Positions 1 through 9,927 of a DNA stretch of 64,000 bases are shown here, in pieces. A program made the position numbers and the translations under genes. The notes beneath the pieces were generated by a model. The model saw only the letters and a program-made list of their open reading frames with translations. It was not told the DNA's origin and ran no database searches. How positions within the stretch are numbered: the stretch's first letter is position 1; each line of letters opens with the position of its first letter. The stretch lies in NCBI GenBank assembly GCA_002269645.1, contig NIVC01000356.1:62001-126000 (forward strand). Direction: 5' to 3'. Source of the DNA: Macrostomum lignano. Its lineage: Eukaryota.

Positions 1-762
1 TCCCAGGATTGAGTAGGTTATCTGTGAGGGAGGCTGCAGAACTCCCAGGATTGAGTAGGTTATCGGTGAGGGGAGCTGCGGAACTCCCAGGATTGAGTAG
101 GTTATCGGTGAGGGGAGCTGCGGAACTCCCAGGATTGAGTAGGTTATCTGTGAGGGAGGCTGCAGAACTCCCAGGATTGAGTAGGTTATCTGTGAGGGAG
201 GCTGCAGAACTACCAGGATTGAGTAGGTTATCGGTGAGGGGAGCTGCGGAACTCCCAGGATTGAGTAGGTTATCTGTGAGGGGAGCTGCGGAACTCCCAG
301 GATTGAGTAGGTTATCTGTGAGGGGAGCTGCAGAACTCCCAGGATTGAGTAGGTTATCTGTGAGGGGAGCTGTAGAACTCCCAGGATTGAGTAGGTTATC
401 TGTGAGGGGAGCTGCGGAACTCCCAGGATTGAGTAGGTTATCTGTGAGGGAGGCTGCGGAACTCCCAGGATTGAGTAGGTTATCTGTGAGGGAGGCTGCA
501 GAACTCCCAGGATTGAGTAGGTTATCTGTGAGGGAGGCTGCGGAACTCCCAGGATTGAGTAGGTTATCTGTGAGGGAGGCTGCAGAACTCCCAGGATTGA
601 GTAGGTTATCTGTGAGGGAGGCTGCAGAACTCCCAGGATTGAGTAGGTTATCTGTGAGGGAGGCTGCAGAACTCCTAGGATTGAGTAGGTTATCGGTGAG
701 GGGAGCTGCGGAACTCCCAGGATTGAGTAGGTTATCTGTGAGGGGAGCTGCAGAACTCCCTG
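1..762. repeat. 42-bp minisatellite array (ACTCCCAGGATTGAGTAGGTTATCTGTGAGGGAGGCTGCAGA), about 18 copies, runs off the window start
   Basis: Direct periodicity; the ORF 9..773 is just the 14-aa unit repeated. Confidence 0.95.
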
Positions 763-1299
763 ATCAGGATTGATCTCAGCTACAGAACTTATTATACTTG
801 TACCAGGTAAGTTTCAGACTTCTCTAAGGATCCAGGAACCTGTTGAGTCAGTAAGCGAGAGTTAAAAGTCAAAGAACTGCCAGAGCAAGCTACGTGGGTG
901 GTGAAAAAAGCAGTATTTCTTGGTTCAACACACGACTTGCATTAGCACCAATTTATCCAGCTGTGCGAAAAACTTGCGCGCAATCAAGTGGAAAGATTTG
1001 CATAACAGAGGCAAGTATGAATTCAGTTATTGCATATTAGGTTACTGAAAACCTGTTAGTGTTAGCCGAAGCTGTTAGCCGAAAACCAGCACCAACTAGC
1101 TTAGAAATTTGCTTATCAAATTAGACAAGAAATATTTCTGGTAAAGTTTTGTTTAACTTCTCAAGTTAACAGTGAACAGGTATAAATATCAACATTAATG
1201 AGTTCGCACGAGGGTCGCAGTGCATTTTTGGCACTTTTGCTAAACAAATTTTTTAACTGTTTTAGCAAGCTGTGACTACCAGCTTTGCAGCCAGACGAC

Positions 1300-4200
1300 A
1301 TGACTGCTGCAACGCTTCACACAATTGACTATGTTGTCCTGGTTGCCAACTTCATCATCACCCTGCTGGTGGGCATCTGGGTAAGAGTCTCGTTGTGCGT
1401 CCCCAGCTCATGAGTGTTGCCTCAACAAAAATCATCAGAAATACATGCAAACTTCCTGTTCTGCAGCGCTGACTTCTCCGTTCTTGAAGAAATGAATTCC
1501 TCAAGCCCTGGGTCTTCCTCTGGTAACCAACACCCGTCTTCCCCAGATAACCAACACCTGTCTTCCCCAGGTAACCAACACTTGTCTTCCCCAGGTAACC
1601 AACACCTGTCTTCCCCAGGTAACCAACACCTGTCTCCCCCAGGTAACCAACACCTGTCTTCCCCAGGTAACCAACACCTGTCTTCCCCAGGTAACCAACA
1701 CCTGTCTCCCCCAGGTAACCAACACCTGTCTCCCCCAGGTAACCAACACCTGTCTTCCCCAGGTAACCAACACCTGCCTTCCCCGTCCTCACCAACCCGC
1801 AGTCGGCGTGGCGCAGCGAGCGCAGCACCACCGTGGGATATTTCCTGGCGAGTGCCAGCATGACGTGGCCTCTCATCGGGTTCTCCATCTTCATGACGAA
1901 CATCGGCAGCAGCGCGGTGATCGGACTGTCTGGCGCGGCCGCGGCTTCTGGCATCCCGGTGATCTGCTACGAGCTGTTCGTGAGTACCGCCTGGTTGAAC
2001 CGAACTTATTAAAGGCATCCGTAGTTAAAAATAAACTTCAAAATTCGATTCGAATTCAACCAAAGGGAGTGTTCGGAATCCTGATCATGGGCTACCTGTT
2101 CATGCCGCTGTTCTACGAAGCCCAGGTCTACACCAATGCCGAATATCTGCAGAAACGCTTCGGCCGCTCGCGACTACAGATTTACATATCGGCTCAGACA
2201 CTGGTGTTCCAGGTGCTGCACAAAATACCTGTGAGTGACAGGCCGCTTAGGACCAGCTGGGATATTTTTAATGACTGAGTATGGATGATTCATATTGGTA
2301 GATGACCTCATTCATTCCAGTTCAAATCTAACCACTCCAAATCCCATCTATTCTCCCCAGATCCCATCTATTCGCCCCATATCCATTCTAACCATTCCAG
2401 ATCCCATCTAACCACTCCAGATCCAATCAAACCACTCCAGATCCTATCTAACCATTCCAGATCCCATCTAACCACTTCAGATCCAATCAAACCACTCCAG
2501 ATCCTATCTAACCACTTCAGATCCCATCTAACCACTCCAGATCCCATCTAACCACTCCAGATCCTATCTAACCACTCCAGATCCTATCTAACCACTCCAG
2601 ATCCTATCTAACCACTTCAGGTCCCATCTAAAATAAATAAATAGAGGCAGGGGGGTTGTGTGCACCCTGGCGCACTTTAAGCGACATAGGCACACAACCG
2701 GCGAGAGCCATTACTGCCCATTCCGCCGACTCCCCTGAGCAGGCACACAAGCGCGCGGATACATACGCAGGCACACACTCACACAGGAGTGTACAGCGCC
2801 CCTGACTTTATTTATGGTTAGGCATGTACACTTCACTGCGCCTTGGGGGGTTGGCTCTCAAGGCCGTTAATTGCACGAGCAGAGCCAAGCCGAGATTCCA
2901 ATTCAGCCCCAAATTAATGTGACTGCACTTGGAATCGAGCCTGGGTCGCTGGCACACCAGAGCCTGCGCTAGACTGCTGGGCTACGGCCCCCTTGATCCC
3001 ATCTAACCACTTCAGATCCCATCTAACCACTTCAGATCCCATCTACCCACTCCAGATCTCATCTACCCACTCCAGATCCTATCTAACCACTCCAAATCCC
3101 ATCTAACCACTCCAAATCCCATCTAACCACTTCAGATCCCATCTACCCACTCCAGATCCTATCTAAACAATTCACATGTCGTTTATAATACGAGTACTGA
3201 CGAGTACTAAGTTTTGGTGAAAACTACTATAAGTAGCATTACCGCATCTTGCAGTCGGAAATCTACGCTGGCGGCCTGATCGCCGAGGCCATCCTGAACT
3301 GGAACCGGTTCATCGGCATCGCCATTGTGCTGGTCATGACGGCGGTTGTCACCATAGTCGGCGGCCTCAAGACTGTTCTGGTGACGGACTTCTACCAGGG
3401 CATCATCATGGTGGTTGGCGGTGCCATCCTGGCAGGCATCGCCTACAGCCACTACCCCAGTCTGGAGCTGATGAAGACAGCCTACTCGGAGGCCGTCGTG
3501 GCTAACAAAGGCGCCCTGGCCAACACCACTTGCGGCGATCCAAGTCCGTGGGCTTTCCAGATTGTCCGACCCATTAGCGACCCGGATTATCCCTGGCTGG
3601 GCACCCTGTTTGGGATTTTGATAATCTGCGTGTGGTACTTCTGCGGCAACCAGGACCTCCTGCAGCGCTGCTTCTCGGGAAAGAATCTCTATCAGGTGTG
3701 CTTGGGAGTTTATTGGCTTGAGTATAGGAGCTGGAGTGAATAGATGGGATTTGTAGTGGTTAGATGGGATTTGGAATGGTTAGATGGGATCTGAAGTGGT
3801 TAGATGGGATCTGGAGTGGTTAGATGGGATCTGGAGTGGTTAGATGGGATCTGGAGTGGGTAGATGGGATCTGAAGTGGGTAGATGGGATCTGAAGTGGT
3901 TAGATGGGATCTGAAGTGGTTAGATAGGATCTGGAGTGGTTAGATGGGATCTGAAGTGGTTAGATAGGATCTGGAGTGGTTAGATGGGATCTGAAGTGGT
4001 TAGATAGGATCTGGAGTGGTTAGATGGGATCTGAAGTGGTTAGATAGGATCTGGAGTGGTTAGATGGGATCTGGAATGGATAGAAGGGATTTGTAGTGGT
4101 TAGATGGGATATGGGGAGAACCGATTGGATCTAGAGTGGATAGATGGGATCTGGAGTGGATAGATGGGATCTATAGTGGATAGATGGGATCTGGAGTGGA

Positions 4201-7200
4201 TAGATGGGAGCTGAAGTGGTTAGATGAGACCTGAGGCGAATAGATGAGATCTGGAGTGTTTAGATATGATCTAAAGTGGATAGCTGGCATCCGGAGTAGG
4301 TTAGAATTCTAGAACTATTATGAGCCATAGTTGGGTGAGAGCAGGCTAAAATTACTCGTAAGAATGAAGAATGGACTCACCAACTACCGCAGATCAAAGC
4401 CGGCTGCGTGCTGGCAAGCTTCCTGAAGCTGACGCCGACTTTTCTGTTTCTTCTGCCTGGCTTCATTTCCCGCATCGACTTCACGGAGGAGGTGGCCTGC
4501 GTGGACCCCGACACGTGCGACAGCTACTGCCACAACAGGGGCGGCTGCTCCAACCTGGCCTACATTGTCCTGGTGCGGCAGTACGCGCCTGTGTGTGAGT
4601 GCCCTGGAGTGAGGTGGGAGAGGAAGTGAGTTGGGTGACGGAGTGAGGTGGGTAATGGAGTGAGGTGGGTGATGGAGTAAGGTGGGTAATGGAGTGAGGT
4701 GGGTGAGGGAGTGAGGTGGGTGAGGGAGTGAGGTGGGTGAGGGAGTGAGGTGGGTGAGGGAGTGAGGTGGGTAATGGAGTGAGGTGGGTGAGGGAGTGAG
4801 GTGGGTGAGGGAGTGAGGTGGGTAAGGGAGTGAGGTGGGTAAGGGAGTGAGGTGGGTGAGGGAGTGAGGTGGGTGAGGGAGTGAGGTGGGTAATGGAGTG
4901 AGGTGGGTGAGGGAGTGAGGTGGGTGAGGGAGTGAGGTGGGTAAGGGAGTGAGGTGGGTGAGGGAGTGAGGTGGGCGAGGCAGTGACTCGGAAGTTACAC
5001 AGACGGCACTACTGAAATCCCCTATGAATCCAATAAAATGTAAGTCGTGAAGGGCCTGGTGATCGCGGCAATTCTCTCCTCCGTGATCTCCACGATGACG
5101 TCGATATTCAACAGCGGCAGCACCATCATCACAAAGGATCTGTACATCAAAGTCAGGAAGAATGCGTCTCAAACCGAGCAACTTATTGTTGGCAGGTAAG
5201 AGAAGCAAAATTGAGTATGAATCTGTTCTATTTTCAGGAAACTTTACACTCCAGAAAACCTGTTTGACCCTGCAGGGTGACGGTGGGCATCTACACAGTG
5301 CTTGGTCTGGCTCTCATCCCCGCTCTAGACTCGGCTGAGGGAGGCCAGATGTTCCACTACCTGCAGGCCATCGCGTCCTTCATTGCGCCACCGATCCTGG
5401 TGCTGTACCTGCTGTCCGCGATGTGGCCCAGGATTAACGAGAAGGTGCGCTTGGACCCTATATGGGACCTAAAGTGGATGGGATCTGGAGGATCTGGAAT
5501 GGATGGGATCTGGAGGATCTGGAATGGATGGGATCTGGAGTGGATGGGATCTGGAGTGGATGGGATCTGGAGTGGATGGGATCTGGAGTGGATGGGATCT
5601 GGAGTGGATGGGATCTGGAGTGGATGGGATCTGGAGTGGATGGGATCTGGAGTGGATGGGATCTGGAGTGGATGGGATCTGGAGTGGATGGGATCTGGAG
5701 TGGATGGGATCTGGAGTGGATGGGATCTGGAGTGGATGGGATCTGGAGTGGATGGGATCTGGAGTGGATGGGATCTGGAGTGGATGGGATCTGGAGTGGA
5801 TGGGATCTGGAGTGGATGGGATCTGGAGTGGATGGGATCTGGAGTGGATGGGATCTGGAGTGGATGGGATCTGGAGTGGATGGGATCTGGAGTGGATGGG
5901 ATCTGGAGTGGATGGGATCTGGAGTGGATGGGATCTGGAGTGGATGGGATCTGGAGTGGATGGGATCTGACATTACCTAAAGCTGCAGTGCCCCCACTGC
6001 CGCAGGGCGCATTCTGGGGCAGCATGGTCGGCATGGTGCTGGGCTACGCCCGCCTCGTCGTCACCTTCGTGCTGCCGGCGCCGCCGTGCGGCAAGGCGGA
6101 CAGCCGGCCGGCCCTGTTCCGCGACCTGCACTACCTGCACTACAATGTGCTGCTGTTCGTGGTCACCGGTGTGGCCATCGTGGCGCTGTCCTTTGTGCTG
6201 CCCAGGGGCGAGGATGAGCAGGTGAAACAATAAGAGAGCTATGATGTCATTCCACTCCAATATCACTCAGATATCAATAGCTGTCACTCTCGTGTCTCTC
6301 TTCTACCAATCTGACACTCTAATGTCACTTTGACATCAATCTGTCACTCTAATATCACTCCGGCACCAATCTGTCACTCTAATATCACTCCGACATTAAT
6401 CTGTCACTCTAATATCACTCTGACATCAACCTGTCACTCTAATATCACTCCGACATTAATCTGTCACTCTAATATCACTCTGACATCAACCTGTCACTCT
6501 AATATCACTCCGACATTAATCTGTCACTCTAGTATCACTCCGACACCAATCTGTCACTCTAATATCATTCTGGAACCAATCTGTCACTCTAATATCACTC
6601 TGACATCAACCTGTCACTCTTATATCACTCCGACATTAATCTGTCACTCTAATATCACTCCGACACCAATCTGTCACTCTAATATCACTCCGGCACCAAT
6701 CTGTCACTCTAATATCATTCTGGAACCAATCTGTCACTCTAATATCACTCCGACATTAATCTGTCACTCTAATATCACTCCGACATTAATCTGTCACTCT
6801 AATATCACTCCGACACCAATCTGTCACTCTAATATCACTCCGACATTAATCTGTCACTCTAATATCACTCCGACATTAATCTGTCACTCTAATATCACTC
6901 CGACATTAATCTGTCACTCTAATATCACTCCGACATTAATCTGTCACTTGAGGCGGAAGGCCTTTTTGTTTCAATAGATGGAATGGCAGCGAAGAGTTTG
7001 TGCTGCTTTGCGCGTGTATTTATATGAGATTTACAAACAACGCCAGATTGAGGGGCCAAGGGAGGTGCGAAAAGGTGGCATGGCGTGATTGGCTACGCCA
7101 ACCCCCCCGGCTTAGCGAGCCGGCTAGCTTGGCGCGTACCCACCCCACCTCAGCTAGACAGAGGCGGGGGGGGTTTCCAGTGCGGCTGCACTGGTGCTGC

Positions 7201-9179
7201 CGGTCGCGTAGTCTGGCCGCCACACAGCTCCCCCAGCACCGAGCTAGGCCCCGAACGTCGGGTGGTAGTCGAGGCAGCGAGAGCGCCGAGGAGCGGGCGC
7301 CGAAGGCGGCGGGGGCGCGAGGCGGGCGCCGAAGGCAGCAGAGCGCCGATGGCAGCAGGTCGCCGAGCGGGCGCCGATGGCAGCAGGTCGCCGAGCGGTC
7401 GCCGGGCGGGCGCCGAAAGCAGCAGGGCGCCAGGCGGGCGCCGGGCGGGCGCCGAAGGCAGCAGGGCGCCAGGCGGGCGCCGAAGGCAGCAGGGCGCCAG
7501 GCGGGCGCCGAAGGCAGCAGGGCGCCAGGCGGGCGCCGAAGGCAGCAGGGCGCCAGGCGGGCGCCGAAGGCAGCAGGGCGCCAGGCGGGCGCCGAAGGCA
7601 GCAGCAGGGCGCCAGGCGGGCGCCGAAGGCGGCAGGGGCGCGAGGCGGGCGCCGAAGGCAGCAGGGCGCCAGGCGGGCGCCGAAAGCAGCAGGGCGCCAG
7701 GCGGGCGCCGAAAGCAGCAGAACGCCAGGCGGGCGCCGAAGACAGCAGGGCGCCAGGCGGGCGCCGATAGCAGCAGGGCGCCAGGCGGGCGCCGATGGCA
7801 GCAGGGCGCCAGGTGGGCGCCGAAGGCAGCAGGGGCGCGCGGCCGTACCACACCAGAGGCAATCGACAGTCAGTTGCCGCCGTGAGCCGGATCGATGCTC
7901 CTGCACAGAGGCTGGGGACGTTAGGCTAGCAGCAGCGGTGCTAACCTAGAAGTAGCTGCAGCGTGTGGCGCTGGTTGGTCCAACGCGGGGGCCGAAAGGC
8001 GAGACCCCAGGAGCTACCGGGGGCGGGCTGACTGGGCCGATTCGTGCTGCTGGGCTGCGGTGCTGCTGGGCTGCGGTGCTGCTGTGCTGCGGTGCTGCGG
8101 TGCTGCGGTGCTGCGGTGCTGCTGTGCTGCGGTGCTGCCGTTGCAGTCGGCCAAGGCGGTTGGCTGCCAGGACCGCACAGGGCCGACCAGGTAGGCCCAG
8201 CGTTCCGCGCTGGGTGTCGGGCTCACCAATGAGGCGGAAGGCCTTTTTGTTTCAATAGATGGAATGGCAGCGAAGAGTTTGTGCTGCTTTGCGCGTGTAT
8301 TTATATGAGATTTACAAACAACGCCAGATTGAGGGGCCAAGGGAGGTGCGAAAAGGTGGCATGGCGTGATTGGCTACGCCAACCCCCCCGGCTTAGCGAG
8401 CCGGCTAGCTTGGCGCGTACCCACCCCACCTCAGCTAGACAGAGGCGGGGGGGTTTCCAGTGCGGCTGCACTGGTGCTGCCGGTCGCGTAGTCTGGCCGC
8501 CACACACTCTAATATCACTCCGACATTAATCTGTCACTCTAATATCACTCCGACATTAATCTGTCACTCTAATATCACTCCGACACCAATCTGTCACTCT
8601 AATATCACTCCGACATTAATCTGTCACTCTAATATCACTCCGACATTAATCTGTCACTCTAATATCACTCCGACATTAATCTGTCACTCTAATATCACTC
8701 CGACATTAATCTGTCACTCTAATATCACTCCGACATTAATCTGTCACTCTAATATCACTCCGACATCAATCTGTCACTCTAATATCACTCCGACATTAAT
8801 CTGTCGCTCGCCACTCCCGCAGCTGGACGGCCTCACCTGGCCAACCCGCCACCAGCTGCCGCACTTTGGTTGGCGCCGCTCAGCCCCAGCTGAGCAGGAG
8901 GAGGCCGGGCCGGACGAGAAGACGTCAATCAGCGTGGCGGCCGTCGTCTCCGGCACCACCGTGGAGCTCAGCGGCAGCGCCAGCATCGCCAGCACCTCGA
9001 CGGCGCTGACTAGCGGCGAGAAGTCAGCAGTGGACGACGTCGGCGGTAGCAACGAGAAGACGCGGCTGCGGCTGCTGGGCTGCCAAGTCGGCTTTATCGA
9101 TCGGCAGCATTTTCTGCTGTTCATCCTGGCCTGCAGCTCCAGCCTGATGTCCTCAGCCATCTTCTTCTATTTTGTTTAG
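1300..9179 (+). CDS. SLC5A: SLC5/SSS-family sodium:solute symporter (SGLT/SMIT-like), 9 coding exons, about 652 aa
   Basis: Exons 1300-1380, 1803-1979, 2066-2230, 3255-3695, 4393-4594, 5045-5195, 5276-5444, 6006-6221, 8823-9179. All junctions are GT..AG and phase-compatible; the total is 1959 nt. Motifs FMTNIGSS, EYLQKRFG, GGLKTVLVTD, WYFCGNQDLLQR, LKLTP, MTSIFNSGST, FHYLQAI and LHYLHY align with SGLT1. A perfect donor CAG|GTAAGT at 806/807 and an acceptor at 1290 suggest a 5' UTR exon. Confidence 0.93.
1523..1785 (+). repeat. 24-bp minisatellite (GTAACCAACACCTGTCTTCCCCAG) in SLC5 intron 1
   Basis: About 11 tandem copies, ending about 20 nt before the true acceptor at 1802. Confidence 0.92.
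2330..3167 (+). repeat. 20-bp minisatellite (ATCCCATCTAACCACTCCAG) in SLC5 intron 3, split by a SINE
   Basis: Arrays at about 2330-2630 and 2996-3167. Confidence 0.9.
2631..2992 (-). mobile_element. tRNA-headed SINE, family A, copy 1
   Basis: Minus strand starts GGGGGCCGTAGCCCAG (A-box-like), has GGCTCGATTCC (B-box-like) and ends in a (TATT)n tail. Homologous copies lie at 11841-12126 and 29878-30244. Confidence 0.82.
3740..4290 (+). repeat. 20-bp minisatellite (CTGGAGTGGTTAGATGGGAT) in SLC5 intron 4, the reverse complement of the intron 3 unit
   Basis: Direct inspection. Confidence 0.92.
4605..4980 (+). repeat. 17-bp G-rich minisatellite (GAGTGAGGTGGGTGAGG) in SLC5 intron 5
   Basis: Tandem periodicity starting directly after the donor at 4595. 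Confidence 0.88.
5475..5970 (+). repeat. 16-bp minisatellite (GGGATCTGGAGTGGAT) in SLC5 intron 7
   Basis: About 30 nearly perfect copies; a shortened relative of the intron 4 unit. Confidence 0.92.
6240..8806 (+). repeat. 30-bp minisatellite (CTGTCACTCTAATATCACTCCGACATTAAT) in SLC5 intron 8, interrupted by an LTR element
   Basis: Arrays at about 6240-6948 and 8505-8806. Confidence 0.9.
6949..8504 (-). mobile_element. Non-autonomous LTR element (TRIM/LARD-like), 1556 bp
   Basis: Direct repeats 6949-7224 (276 bp) and 8230-8504 (275 bp) with TG..CA ends differ by one G in a homopolymer. A 4-bp TSD CACT lies at 6945-6948 and 8505-8508. On the minus strand there is a PBS-like TGGTGAGCCCGAC after the 5' LTR, a PPT-like GGGGGAG before the 3' LTR, and CCAAT and TATAAA in the LTR. 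The interior is non-coding GC-rich repeat. Confidence 0.88.
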
Positions 9180-9438
9180 AAGCAGTCAAGGACGTCTGCA
9201 ACAGCGATACTCGCCAGCAATAATTCTTATTTATACATGGGCAATCTCTTGTTATTTTTATTATTAGAATTTTTCTTGTATTGATAGCTTGTGTCTTCAT
9301 CAAGAGTTTGATTAACTTGATGCTTTTAGAAGAAGAAATGTGTGCTAAAGGTGTGTTAAACAGCAGATAGAGTAACAGGTATATAAGGCAGTTATCTAAC
9401 CTCGGAAGATGTTTTTACGGGTTTGTTGCTGCTTCTTT

Positions 9439-9735
9439 GGGGGCTGTAGCCTAGTGGTCAGAGCGTCGGACTCACGACTGGAAGGTCGGGGGTTCGATTC
9501 CCGATCCCACTGGAACAATTTGTGTCCTTGAGCAAGACACTTAACTCTGCATTGCTTCAGTTCACCCAGCTGTAAAATGGGTGCCAGCATTAGCTGGGGT
9601 AATTTAGGGTGTGTGGCGACCCCCCAGTCCTTGGACTGAGCAGCCAATTGCTGCGGCTGAGCTGTCGGTTGCACATCTGGCCCGATTGAGGCACGTGTAA
9701 TCAATTATATTATTATTATTATTATTATTATTTTA
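9439..9735 (+). mobile_element. tRNA-headed CORE-type SINE, family B, copy 1
   Basis: A box TAGCCTAGTGG, B box GGTTCGATTCC, MIR/CORE-like TGTGTCCTTGAGCAAGACACTTAAC...CTGTAAAATGGG, and a (TAT)n tail. A second copy lies at 17152-17408. Confidence 0.82.
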
Positions 9736-9927
9736 CGGGGTCGTATTGTAGAAATTGTTTAAAAAAACTTAGGATTTAAAATATTTAACACAAATATTAT
9801 CAATCTTGCTACTCAACGCTCATTCGGCATGCAAACAGAGGAGGGTTAATGGTCTCAGCGGCTCAATGGGAAAGGTTTAGGGCCGATTCTCCGGGAGTTC
9901 TCAAAGCATCTCGCAGACTCGCCGAGC

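Noticed and set aside
9-773. 254-aa ORF and the many similar periodic ORFs (1358-2018, 5357-5980, 6330-6977, 12612-13250, 28613-28965, 33786-34817, 36253-37267)
   Set aside because: They are translations of minisatellites whose unit length is a multiple of 3 or lacks stops. Most lie in introns of genes defined by splice sites.
7000-7949. Arg/Ala/Pro-rich ORFs inside the LTR element as gag
   Set aside because: They are products of a GC-rich 28-bp repeat, open in most frames, with mostly non-ATG starts and no gag motifs.
9439-9510. tRNA gene (CAC anticodon loop)
   Set aside because: The acceptor and anticodon stems are poorly paired and the sequence continues into a repeated SINE body, so it is treated as a SINE head. 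The same applies at 17152.
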